Shown here one piece after another: positions 1-9,396 of a DNA stretch of 64,000 bases. The position numbers and the translations under genes are program-made. The stretch lies in the IMG/VR virus record IMGVR_UViG_3300034018_003010; one strand, 5' to 3'. This stretch comes from a virus. The notes below the pieces were generated by a model. The model searched no databases and was not told the origin of the DNA. It worked only from the letters and a program-made list of their open reading frames with translations. Within the stretch, counting starts at the first letter, position 1, and every line of letters begins with the position of its first letter.

Positions 1-2
1 CT

Positions 3-266
3 TGGAGCCAAGGTTTGTTTCCAGAATGGATGAAGCCAAATAAATCTAAAGTGTTGGTATCGGTTCAAACATGGTCTAAAGGGCAATACTTACTAGCTAC
101 TGTTATAGACAAAGAATTTGATCAAAGAGCGATAGAAGAATTGACTAATTTTTCAGATCAAAATTCTGCTCCTCTTGTTCTCGTTGTTGGCAATAAGGTT
201 TCTATTAAAGGCGGCGAAGATTTCAAAGAAGAATATCAAAGTAAACGAAGGATACCCTTAGCATGA
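3..266 (+). CDS. hypothetical protein, 5'-truncated by window edge
   Basis: Frame is open from base 3 (WSQGLFPEWMKP...). Its stop overlaps the next start (ATGA at 263-266). Confidence 0.6.
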   Translation, partial: WSQGLFPEWMKPNKSKVLVSVQTWSKGQYLLATVIDKEFDQRAIEELTNFSDQNSAPLVLVVGNKVSIKGGEDFKEEYQSKRRIPLA

Positions 267-916
267 TTCCAAAAAAAGCACATGCAATTTGGCTTGGTGG
301 AAAAGAAATGCCTGAAAAGGAATCTTATTATATTGGCAAAAACCAAGCGGTTCTAAAAGATTACAAATTCAAAATTTGGAAAGATGATGAAGTGAAAGAA
401 CTTATATCATCTAGACCTAATTTGAAAACTTTTGCCAATTATGCTTTTGAAAACAAAATATATGCACAGTTAGCAGATTTAAGCAAGCTTCTTATTTTAG
501 AAAAGCATGGAGGATTGACTTTTGATACTGATAATGAGTTCGTAAAGTCTCCAGACGAACACTTGAATTACAATTGGGTTTCTGGATTTGAAAATTATGC
601 TGGAAGACTTATGCCCATAACCGCCGTCATGGCTGCAATTCCAGAACATGGATTTACCAAGTTCTTGATAGCTGCCTACGAACAAATGGACCCCAAATAT
701 ATTTGTCACATTCCAAATACAGAATGGATTTCAAATATGCTTTTTAAAATAGGTGTTCAAAACAATAATCAAAAGCAATATATTGAAAATTTAGATTTAA
801 CTATATTGCCACATAACATATTCTGTGCTACAAAATTTGAAGAAGAAACAGTATCGTTTCATCACTTTTCTGGATTATGGATCCCAAATAATGAAGAAGT
901 TAAGCGAAAATTTTAA
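263..916 (+). CDS. glycosyltransferase, GT32/Och1-like (DxD sugar-binding)
   Basis: N-terminal MIPKKAHAIWLGG, GGLTFDTD (DxD), C-terminal HHFSGLW are typical of this family. Confidence 0.85.
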   Translation: MIPKKAHAIWLGGKEMPEKESYYIGKNQAVLKDYKFKIWKDDEVKELISSRPNLKTFANYAFENKIYAQLADLSKLLILEKHGGLTFDTDNEFVKSPDEHLNYNWVSGFENYAGRLMPITAVMAAIPEHGFTKFLIAAYEQMDPKYICHIPNTEWISNMLFKIGVQNNNQKQYIENLDLTILPHNIFCATKFEEETVSFHHFSGLWIPNNEEVKRKF

Positions 917-1499
917 AGTAGAAAAATTTGGTTTCTTCTCAAATGAAGATCCAACCGATATGCTATTTCAGCATGAAATATGCTGGTCTAGAATATATGA
1001 ATACCCATTTGTATTAAATGAAATTAAAAATTCTGGTATAAAAGACCCTGTTATTCATAATTGTTCATGGGGATTTAGAGATATGCATGTTATATTCAAG
1101 ACGTGTTTGGACCTTGAATATAAAAAATCATATCATTCAGACATAACTCCTTCAACATTATACAATTGTTTTGTTTGGGATATAACAGAGACTCCTAGAG
1201 ATTCTTTGAAAAATCATTTTGATATTGTGTTAAACATTTCTACTTTGGAAGAAGTAAAGCACAACCATGTTGAAGTTTTAGAGAATCACTTGGAGCAAAT
1301 TGCTGATAACGGATTGTTTATCGGCACTTTTGATTATCCTGGGCTGCAATTAGATAAAATAGAAGATTATCTTGGTGTTAAAATAAAAGATTGTAAATCC
1401 AGACTGACTCCGAAGAACTCTAGGTTGCCAGACAAAGCTCTTAACCTTCCGCAAGACTTTTTTGTAGGATACTTGGTATTGAGAAAATGTTCACGCTAA
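891..1499 (+). CDS. SAM-dependent methyltransferase-like protein (degenerate motif I)
   Basis: WSRIYEYPFV, FDIVLNISTLEEV, NGLFIGTFD. ATG 891 preferred over GTG 825, which would overlap the upstream gene heavily. Confidence 0.55.
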   Translation: MKKLSENFKVEKFGFFSNEDPTDMLFQHEICWSRIYEYPFVLNEIKNSGIKDPVIHNCSWGFRDMHVIFKTCLDLEYKKSYHSDITPSTLYNCFVWDITETPRDSLKNHFDIVLNISTLEEVKHNHVEVLENHLEQIADNGLFIGTFDYPGLQLDKIEDYLGVKIKDCKSRLTPKNSRLPDKALNLPQDFFVGYLVLRKCSR

Positions 1500-2551
1500 T
1501 TGCTGGCACAAGACCCGAAATAATTAAACTCGCTCCTTTATATTTTGCTCTTCAAAAGCAAAATGTTAATGTGTGCTGGATTCATTCTGGTCAACACGAT
1601 GCAGATACATATGATTTCTTCGGAATTAGACCGGATGAAAAAATTAATTTAAATAGAAAATCCAATAGCTTATCTGAGCTAACAAGCTTGCTAGTAGAAA
1701 AACTTAGCAATTTGCATTTGTTTAAACTATCAAATAATATTGTTGTTCATGGAGATACAACTACTGCATTTTGTTCTTCTTTAGCATCATATTACACCAA
1801 GAAAAAAGTTTTTCATGTTGAATCTGGACTAAGAACTCATAAAGACGAGCCTTTTCCTGAAGAAAAGAACAGGGAAATGATTGCCAGATTATCTAATCTA
1901 AATTTTGCACCAACAAATGAAGCAAAACAAAATTTAATAAATGAAGGCATTAAAGAAGACAAAATTGTTGTGACTGGAAACACAATTGTGGACGCAACTT
2001 TATATGCCAAGTCCAAAATAAAAACTAATACACAGGATGAAGTCAAAACCATTTTAGTTACCGCCCACAGAAGAGAAAACTGGGGTCAAGGTATGCAAAA
2101 TATTTGCAAGGCTTTGAATATTATTGGGGAAAGTTATAAAGATATTAAAATTATTTTCCCAGTACACCCTAATCCAGAATTAAAAAAAATTATAAAGAAA
2201 GAAATCATCTCTGAAAAAATTGAGCTTTGCAATCCATTCGATTATGGAAACATGATTGAAAAACTATGCAAATCATGGTTGGTTATTACTGATTCAGGCG
2301 GAATTCAAGAAGAATGTGTTACTCTGCAGAAGCCAGTATTAGTATTAAGAAACACAACAGAAAGACAGGAAGTTATAGACATGAAAGCAGGAATACTTGT
2401 TGGAACTGATGTAAACAATATTTGTTCAAGCTTTAACAATCTATATCATGATAAAAATCTTTACGATTCTATGCTTTTACCTTTGGAAAAAAATCCATAT
2501 GGAGATGGAACTGCAAGCCAAAAGATAGCGGAAATATTGTCTAAAGTTTAG
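1487..2551 (+). CDS. wecB: UDP-N-acetylglucosamine 2-epimerase (non-hydrolysing)
   Basis: GTRPEIIK, SGQH, VHGDTTT, HVESGLR, PFPEE, TGNT, HRREN, TDSGGIQEE, NPYGDG motifs. Confidence 0.95.
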   Translation: MFTLIAGTRPEIIKLAPLYFALQKQNVNVCWIHSGQHDADTYDFFGIRPDEKINLNRKSNSLSELTSLLVEKLSNLHLFKLSNNIVVHGDTTTAFCSSLASYYTKKKVFHVESGLRTHKDEPFPEEKNREMIARLSNLNFAPTNEAKQNLINEGIKEDKIVVTGNTIVDATLYAKSKIKTNTQDEVKTILVTAHRRENWGQGMQNICKALNIIGESYKDIKIIFPVHPNPELKKIIKKEIISEKIELCNPFDYGNMIEKLCKSWLVITDSGGIQEECVTLQKPVLVLRNTTERQEVIDMKAGILVGTDVNNICSSFNNLYHDKNLYDSMLLPLEKNPYGDGTASQKIAEILSKV

Positions 2552-3246
2552 AATATCTTATCGCAAATTCTATTATCTTCTGTAGTCTTGTTTCTTGGAA
2601 TGATACTGGTTTCCATGTTTTTATCGAAAGCATAGATACCCATTTGAATTTGGGTAAAAATATCTGCCCTCATGTAGACATCAATGCTTTTGGTAATTCC
2701 AGTTTCTAATACGCTAGATAAAAGCTTTCTTGCCATGAAAGAGTCAATACTATAAGAATGCGCTCTGCAAAGTGTTCTTAATCCATAATATTGCAGATGT
2801 GGAGGTATAGGACCAAATTTAAAACCATTTTTAACTTGTTCTATACTTCCCAAATAATTAATGCAATTGAAAGCTGCATGTGTATCAAACTTTTGAAGCA
2901 TAACAGCATCGTGTTCCAATATGACTATTGGCTTATCAATTTCAACACATCTTGCCCAAAGAGAAACATGTGTCAGAAAATTAGAAATCTCAGCTTTGTC
3001 TAAAGTTGGATTTGGACACTTGATCCATTTGAGCCAGTTTTCATTCTCTAGATGCTTTGGTGCTTTTATGTAATCGCCAAGACCATCAAATGCTTCCCAC
3101 ATCTTGTATGGCATTCCAACTTCTTTGCAGCTTTCTGCACATTGATTTGCCAATTTAACAGATGTTTCATTGTTTGGAAGGTAATTGATGTAAGCTGATT
3201 CAACATCAATTTTATATTTAAATTTAATTGATTCGCTTACATTCAT
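2548..3246 (-). CDS. glycosyltransferase family 25-like
   Basis: EAFDG, THVSLW.RC, ILEHDA, AHSYSI. Start set at ATG 3246 (AAGGAG RBS, ATGA overlap with upstream gene). Confidence 0.75.
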   Translation of the reverse strand: MNVSESIKFKYKIDVESAYINYLPNNETSVKLANQCAESCKEVGMPYKMWEAFDGLGDYIKAPKHLENENWLKWIKCPNPTLDKAEISNFLTHVSLWARCVEIDKPIVILEHDAVMLQKFDTHAAFNCINYLGSIEQVKNGFKFGPIPPHLQYYGLRTLCRAHSYSIDSFMARKLLSSVLETGITKSIDVYMRADIFTQIQMGIYAFDKNMETSIIPRNKTTEDNRICDKIF

Positions 3247-3926
3247 TTTTTCTCCTTGCCAATTTCTGGAATAGTTGTTTCTCCAGCCTGATCGTATGCG
3301 TAGACTCCAAAGCAAAGCATGGCAAATTTATCAAATCTAATAAAACAGTCTGCAGAGGTGTGAATTCCTTTTTCGATCATATGAGTAACTAGATTTTTTG
3401 CCATAGCAGGGTCAATACTATAAGCATGTGTTCTTAACAAATGCCTATAATCTACATTAAGTTGTGCATGAGGTGGAATCATATTCCAATAATTTGAAGA
3501 ATATTGTTCTATGCATCCAAGATAAACGATTGCATTTATAGCACTATGATTTGTAAACTTTTGGACCATAATTGCATCATGTTCAAGGATTGCAATTGGT
3601 CTATCAAGTTCAATGCATTTGCACCACAAACTAAAATGGGAAAGTAGGCAGCATATTTCTGGCTTGGTCAACTTATGATTTATCAATCGAAGCCACTTAA
3701 GCCATGTTGCATTTTGAGAATGTTCAGGTACTTTTATGCCTTCTATTGTTTTGTCGGTTCCATCAAAAGCATCCCAAATTACAGCCTTTTGACCCACTTG
3801 CTTGCAAGATTGAAGACAGCGTTGTCCCATGCTTTCTGAAGCAGCATGACCTTTAATTGTAATAATGTAAGTATTTTCTACTTCTGTATTCCATTTAGAA
3901 TGAAGTGTTTCGTTTAAAATCTGCAT
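3243..3926 (-). CDS. glycosyltransferase family 25-like (paralog of 2548..3246)
   Basis: DAFDG, EICCLLSHFSLWCKC, ILEHDA, THAYSI. Confidence 0.8.
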   Translation of the reverse strand: MQILNETLHSKWNTEVENTYIITIKGHAASESMGQRCLQSCKQVGQKAVIWDAFDGTDKTIEGIKVPEHSQNATWLKWLRLINHKLTKPEICCLLSHFSLWCKCIELDRPIAILEHDAIMVQKFTNHSAINAIVYLGCIEQYSSNYWNMIPPHAQLNVDYRHLLRTHAYSIDPAMAKNLVTHMIEKGIHTSADCFIRFDKFAMLCFGVYAYDQAGETTIPEIGKEKK

Positions 3927-3927
3927 G

Positions 3928-4722
3928 TTAAACCTTTATATTAAATTCATCATACATTGATGCTAAATAAGGTCCAAGAACATCTTTTGGATTAGCACTT
4001 TCTTTTTTTAATGCAGGTCTGATTTTATGCAAATTATCCAGACCCCAAGCCGAATCTTTGTCTTCAGAGCATTTGTTTGCAATATTACCAAAATCATGAC
4101 CAGAATAATCTTCTATTTCTAAAAACTTATAAATATTTTTCAATACCTCTATAGGATTTTTTATTAATTCATCATATTCAACCAAAAACATATTGCTTTT
4201 GTTTTTTTCAAGTCCATGTTTTACACTTTGGTAAGGATCGGAAATATATGCTTTCCATAGCTTTTCCGCCCTGTTTGAAACATTTATCTTTTTATTTTCT
4301 TTTATAAGATCTGCATCTACAAAATTACTTTTACCTTGATTTTTTTCTATCAATGTAATATAAGATGTAATTATTTCAGATATTGGTCTTATTGTACAAA
4401 TTACTTTAGGTTCTTTTCCAGTAAACATTCTTAAAGGAAGTATGTTTCTTGGATGTCCTCTATGCTTATCAAGAACATACTTTGTTGCAACATGATTATA
4501 AAAATTTTCTACTATTGATTTGTAAACATTGTGTGATATAACATTTTTTTCATAAGTATATGTTACATCAAGTTTTGCAAATGCTTCATCTGTATAGCAA
4601 AGAAGATCAAGAAAAGGACTTGTTGGAGTAACTGTAAAATCTGGTCTTTGTCCTATTAAGGACCCCAATAATGTGCTTCCACTTCTTGGAAGACCAGATA
4701 AATAGAAAATTGTTTTATTCAT
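3928..4722 (-). CDS. sulfotransferase family protein
   Basis: PAPS-binding loop GLPRSGSTLL, R...EIITS, VEYDELIKNP...LKNIYKFL. Confidence 0.85.
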   Translation of the reverse strand: MNKTIFYLSGLPRSGSTLLGSLIGQRPDFTVTPTSPFLDLLCYTDEAFAKLDVTYTYEKNVISHNVYKSIVENFYNHVATKYVLDKHRGHPRNILPLRMFTGKEPKVICTIRPISEIITSYITLIEKNQGKSNFVDADLIKENKKINVSNRAEKLWKAYISDPYQSVKHGLEKNKSNMFLVEYDELIKNPIEVLKNIYKFLEIEDYSGHDFGNIANKCSEDKDSAWGLDNLHKIRPALKKESANPKDVLGPYLASMYDEFNIKV

Positions 4723-5080
4723 CTTTACTTTCTTGTTCTTTTGCCAACATGCTCAAATATTGCAATTCAGCGGTTGGTCCAATCTTCTTATTAACAGAAA
4801 TATAAATATCAGCTTTTTTAAATTCTTTAATGTTTAAATAAAGTCTAATTAAAAAAGTTCTAATATCGTATGATAGTTTTGTGTTGTTGGAAGAAGCCAA
4901 GGCTTTTTCTGCAAATTTAATGGCGATTGCATCAGCACAAACTTCTGAATAGGCATTTGCCAATTCAAAATATTGTTCAGTTCTATTTGATATATTTGCA
5001 AATTCATCTAAAATATCAAGAGCTAATTGATTCTTTTTAAGCTCTGTCAACCTTTTTGTAATTGCTACAATCTCACTCAT
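4715..5080 (-). CDS. small TPR-like helical protein
   Basis: Amphipathic helical repeats (YFELANAY...AIKFAEKAL); resembles the N-termini of the two upstream TPR-GTs. Confidence 0.6.
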   Translation of the reverse strand: MSEIVAITKRLTELKKNQLALDILDEFANISNRTEQYFELANAYSEVCADAIAIKFAEKALASSNNTKLSYDIRTFLIRLYLNIKEFKKADIYISVNKKIGPTAELQYLSMLAKEQESKDE

Positions 5081-6438
5081 AAGCCTAATTTCTCCTGTGC
5101 TAGAATTTTGACATCTTCCATAATATCACTCCAAATTCTTGGTGTCTTTTGTCTAACCAAATCCATGCTGTTTCCAAACCAAGGAGTTTTATTGGTTTTT
5201 GTATTAAAAATATAATAATCGGATATTTGAACAATTGTTATGCAGCTTTTGTCTAATGCACCTGCTGCAGGAGAAATAGATGTTGGGCATGTAATAATCA
5301 AATCCATGCTATTGATATATTCTGCTGTATCTACAAAGCTGTTCATTTGCTTGCTTAGGTCAATTATTTCTGGGAACTCCTTCAATTCATTCATTGAAGA
5401 ATCTTTTTGCAGACTATAAAAGTCAACATCCAAATCTTTTACAGCATTATAGAGATCTTTGAGTGGGAAGTTTCTATAGCGTGGATAGTCGTTTCCAGCC
5501 CATCTTATTCCAACCTTCTTCTTTGTGCCTGCCAACTGCTTTGTACCTGCAGTCATATATGGTCCTGTCCACAAGTCCTTTTCTTCTACTCCTAAAAGGA
5601 CTGGAAGATATTGTGAATAGGTCCAAGAATAATCTTTATAGACTTCCAAATCAAGATTTGTAATTACATCATATCCGCTGCTTCTAAACCATTCTGCGGC
5701 ACCTACTCTTCTATTCGCTGCTGCATTTTGATGCCAGTGTCCATACCACTTGACATCAATTCCTCTTTCTTTCAGGTTGTTTAAAAATCTAATATTAATT
5801 ATTTCATCTCCAAGACCAGCTTCGGCAAAAACAATCAGTTTTTTGCAATCACTTGTTCCTTGCCAAAATTCTAGCGGAAGTTCGCTTCTTGAATGATAAT
5901 AAACACCACCAGATTGTAAATTTCTTAATTTGTTACTTTCAAAAACAACTGATTTAATTCCATCAGAAAAGTTTCCTTCTCTCAGTTGATGAGCACCTAA
6001 ATAAGATCTCCTTTTCACAGAATCAATTTCACTTAGGTTTGAATCATCTACAGTATCAAGAAGTTCTTTTGCTTCATCTTTTTGATTATTTTCGTACATA
6101 CAGCCCGCTTTTTCAATTAGTATAGAATTAGATTTTGTTACCTCATAAACTTCATCAAGTAATTTAATTGCCTTTTCTGAGAAAGCAGTATTTCTATAAG
6201 CAGATGCAAGCATTATTTTTACTTGAAGTTTTAAATCGTCTGGAACTTCCATATCTAATAATTTTTGACCATAATAAACAGATTCATCATTTAATCCTCC
6301 TGAAATCAAAGTTTCAAACACATAGAAAATTTCTTGTGGCTCAGAAGAAGCATCTCCTATGGCTTTTAACATAGTTGATGCTAATTCGAATTTATTTAAA
6401 GAAAATAAAGTTCTAGCAATGTTTCTTACATCAGTCAT
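5077..6438 (-). CDS. TPR-domain glycosyltransferase (GT9/heptosyltransferase-like GT-B C-terminus)
   Basis: N-terminal TPR helices, then AEAGLGDEI..RF, VGIRWAG, FYSLQK, DTAEYINSMDLIIT, AGAL, TPWF...VRQ. Confidence 0.8.
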   Translation of the reverse strand: MTDVRNIARTLFSLNKFELASTMLKAIGDASSEPQEIFYVFETLISGGLNDESVYYGQKLLDMEVPDDLKLQVKIMLASAYRNTAFSEKAIKLLDEVYEVTKSNSILIEKAGCMYENNQKDEAKELLDTVDDSNLSEIDSVKRRSYLGAHQLREGNFSDGIKSVVFESNKLRNLQSGGVYYHSRSELPLEFWQGTSDCKKLIVFAEAGLGDEIINIRFLNNLKERGIDVKWYGHWHQNAAANRRVGAAEWFRSSGYDVITNLDLEVYKDYSWTYSQYLPVLLGVEEKDLWTGPYMTAGTKQLAGTKKKVGIRWAGNDYPRYRNFPLKDLYNAVKDLDVDFYSLQKDSSMNELKEFPEIIDLSKQMNSFVDTAEYINSMDLIITCPTSISPAAGALDKSCITIVQISDYYIFNTKTNKTPWFGNSMDLVRQKTPRIWSDIMEDVKILAQEKLGL

Positions 6439-7882
6439 TTAGATATCCCTCTTCCTTTAACTTCAATTTCAATTTGTTCATTGGCTCTGCCCAAGATCTA
6501 GGCTTTTCTTGTCTTAGCAAAGTTAGATTATCACCATACCAAGGAGATTTGTCTCCTGTATGACACCAAGGATAATAAGCGGAAATAGGAACCATCAAAT
6601 AAGCCTTCTTGCCTTGACTTCCCGCCATATGAAGAACGCTTGTACAAGATGTTATAATAAAATCTAAATTATTAATCAAAGCCATCGTATCTTCAAGCGT
6701 GTTTAGTTCGGAACTATGATCTATAATTCCTGGGAAGTCTTCTAACTCTTCTACTCCATCGCCTTTTTGCAAGCTGTGGAATTCTGCATCCATACCTCCT
6801 ACTGCTTCGTATAAAAGTTTTAATTTATAACTTCGATGTAGATCCTGCTCATAGTGAGGGGCTCCTCTCCATCGAACTCCTACTTTTAGCTTCTTGCCTT
6901 TCAATTCCCATTTCTTTACAAAATCTGGACATGCATTAAGATATGAGCCATACCACAAATCCTTGTATTCACAGTTTAAATATATTGGCAAGCGCATCGA
7001 GTATGTCCAATACTTGTCATCAAGATGCTCTACTTCCTTTAAATCTGTAATTACAGGAACATTATTTTTTACAAGAAGTTCTGTCAAGCCGGGTCTATCG
7101 TTTGTGCCCTTTTGACCTTCTTGGGTTGCTGTATACCAATAAGCATTTATTCCCATATCTTTTAAATGCTTCATAAACCTAACATTAATAATTTCGTCAC
7201 CAATGCCTGCTTCGGCATAGACAACCAAGTTTTTAATTCCTGGCTCTCCTTCCCAGAAATCAAGATTTAATTTTTTATTCCTTGAAAAAATACTTTCAAT
7301 TTTCCAGAAATTCATCTTTGCGCCTTCTAGCATAAAATGGCGCAAACCTTTTTGAAGCTTGTCTTGGTACAGATAATAAGTTCCCAAATTGAATTTTATT
7401 TTTACCTTTGTCTGCTCATCAAGTTCGGGAAAATCTACTAGAATCTTTTCTAGAATATCTTTTGCTTCCATCTTTCGATTTAAAAGATAATAGCAATATG
7501 CCTTCTCCATTTGAGTAGCAGCGTCATTTTTGGTTTTTTCTGCCATTAAAATGTATGGCAAAGCCTTTTCTGGGTAGTTATTTTGATTGTAAACATTGGT
7601 AAGGTTTTTTCTTATTATCGCCGCAAGTTCATTAGACTTGCAATCTGCCAAACATCTTTCAGACCAATGCATACATTTGTCAAATGACTTAACTCTGAAA
7701 TAACACTTGCTAAGATTTTCAAATTGGAAAAAATTAACAGCAGTTTTGGAGAAAGCGTCAAGACACTTTTCTGCCAATGCCTTTTCGCCAACCTTATCAA
7801 GAGCAACAATAAATGGCTCTAAATCTTGTATTCCAGGAGTATCATCTTCTGGCTTTTCAAATCCAACAAAATCTGTTTTCAT
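6431..7882 (-). CDS. TPR-domain glycosyltransferase (GT9-like), paralog
   Basis: TPR helices, then AEAGIGDEI..RF, VGVRWRG, HSLQK, DTMALINNLDFIITSCTSVLHMAG, SPWY...LRQ. Confidence 0.82.
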   Translation of the reverse strand: MKTDFVGFEKPEDDTPGIQDLEPFIVALDKVGEKALAEKCLDAFSKTAVNFFQFENLSKCYFRVKSFDKCMHWSERCLADCKSNELAAIIRKNLTNVYNQNNYPEKALPYILMAEKTKNDAATQMEKAYCYYLLNRKMEAKDILEKILVDFPELDEQTKVKIKFNLGTYYLYQDKLQKGLRHFMLEGAKMNFWKIESIFSRNKKLNLDFWEGEPGIKNLVVYAEAGIGDEIINVRFMKHLKDMGINAYWYTATQEGQKGTNDRPGLTELLVKNNVPVITDLKEVEHLDDKYWTYSMRLPIYLNCEYKDLWYGSYLNACPDFVKKWELKGKKLKVGVRWRGAPHYEQDLHRSYKLKLLYEAVGGMDAEFHSLQKGDGVEELEDFPGIIDHSSELNTLEDTMALINNLDFIITSCTSVLHMAGSQGKKAYLMVPISAYYPWCHTGDKSPWYGDNLTLLRQEKPRSWAEPMNKLKLKLKEEGYLND

Positions 7883-7883
7883 T

Positions 7884-8429
7884 TTACTTGATTACCAGCA
7901 CTTTCATATTTGTTTTTAGAAGAACATTATTAAATCTTTCAGCCAGCTTAAGAATTTGATCAAGATCGGGCTGCTTATCACTTTCAAGATATTCAGGATT
8001 TATATTGTATCCAAAATCAATTATTTCTAAATCAATTCCCAAAATATCAGCCAAAGGTTCTACAACAAAAGAATTCGAATTTACAAGATCACAATACTTT
8101 TTACTAAATTGTTTAAAATTATCAACAGTTATTGGTCTCTTATGAGTATTATCTGAATACCATGCATTACTTCTATGATGTGTAGATGTAATGTTTATTA
8201 TTGAACCCATTTTGCATATTCTATAGAGTTCTTTAATACAAGTGTAAAAACCATCTCCCAAGTATTCTAGAACATTATTAGCATAAACTTCATCGACAGA
8301 ATCAGTGTCTAATGGGTATGCTTCTTGTTCAAGGTTCCAAACAATATTTGGGTTTAAAAAACTATATCTATCAAGTGTTGTAACTCCATCTTCAACTTTT
8401 TCTTTGCCAAAACCAATGTTTAGTTTCAT
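7884..8429 (-). CDS. class I SAM-dependent methyltransferase (type 11-like)
   Basis: KLNIGFG, PLDTDSVDEVYANNVLE, ELYRICK.G; AGGAG RBS upstream. Confidence 0.7.
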   Translation of the reverse strand: MKLNIGFGKEKVEDGVTTLDRYSFLNPNIVWNLEQEAYPLDTDSVDEVYANNVLEYLGDGFYTCIKELYRICKMGSIINITSTHHRSNAWYSDNTHKRPITVDNFKQFSKKYCDLVNSNSFVVEPLADILGIDLEIIDFGYNINPEYLESDKQPDLDQILKLAERFNNVLLKTNMKVLVIK

Positions 8430-8475
8430 GTCATACTCCTCTAATATATTATAAGGTAAGAATAGGGGAAAAAAA

Positions 8476-9372
8476 ATGAAAATTTGTGTTACCGGGGCAA
8501 GCGGATTTATTGGGTCTAATCTTTGTTATTACCTGAAGAATTTAGGGCACGAAGTTTATCCAATATGCAGTCATACTTGCAAAATTAGTGATGATTTTGG
8601 AGAAAATACAAGATTTATAGGAATGTTTGGATTTGACACCAACATTTTAAAACATGTTGATGGCATAATGCATTTGTCTGCAAATAATGATACTTTATCA
8701 AACCAGTCTAGCGAAATGCTTAGAGCAAACTTTTATGATTCAAAGAATCTTTTAAAATATTCAGTAAAATATCGTCACAAATTTTTTATTTACGCTAGCT
8801 CTACTGCTGTATATGGAAAAACATCAAATGTTATAACAGAAGATATAAAACCAAAAGCAAACACTATTTACAGCAAATCAAAGCTTAAATTTGATAAATT
8901 TATAGTAAAAACAAATCCTAGATTACGCTGGACAGGATTGAGACTCTGCAACATTTATGGTCCTAATGAAATTCAAAAGACAAGAAGAAGTAGTTACTTA
9001 AACCAAATATTAGATAATATGATAGCAAATAAAGATGTGTATCTTTTTGAAGATGGAACACAACAAAGAGACTGGTGCTATGTTGAAGATGTATGTTCTG
9101 CGTTTTTAAATGCAATTAATAATTCAAAAAATGGAATTTACAATATAGCTTCTGGACAAGCTGTGTCATTCATAGATCTTTTTAACGAATGTGCAAAAGT
9201 TACTGGCTATAAAAAATCTCCAATATTTATAGAAAATAAGTATAAAAACCAATATCAAAACAAAGTTATAGTTGATATATTAAATGCAAACAAATATTTG
9301 AGTTATGTGCCAAAATACAATATTACCGAAGGAATTAAAACCCTTTATGAATTGAAAATTAACAATATTTAA
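8476..9372 (+). CDS. NAD-dependent nucleotide-sugar epimerase/dehydratase, HldD/RfaD (ADP-heptose 6-epimerase)-like
   Basis: GASGFIG, YASSTAVYG, YSKSK (YxxxK), GLRLCNIYGPNE, QRDWCYVEDV, GIYNIASG, late QYQ motif. Confidence 0.8.
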   Translation: MKICVTGASGFIGSNLCYYLKNLGHEVYPICSHTCKISDDFGENTRFIGMFGFDTNILKHVDGIMHLSANNDTLSNQSSEMLRANFYDSKNLLKYSVKYRHKFFIYASSTAVYGKTSNVITEDIKPKANTIYSKSKLKFDKFIVKTNPRLRWTGLRLCNIYGPNEIQKTRRSSYLNQILDNMIANKDVYLFEDGTQQRDWCYVEDVCSAFLNAINNSKNGIYNIASGQAVSFIDLFNECAKVTGYKKSPIFIENKYKNQYQNKVIVDILNANKYLSYVPKYNITEGIKTLYELKINNI

Positions 9373-9396
9373 AAAGAAAATATCGTATATATTTCT

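Noticed and set aside
263-9372. Bacterial capsule or LPS locus
   Set aside because: No flippase, polymerase, ABC exporter or priming phosphoglycosyl transferase; the context is phage structural genes with late promoters.
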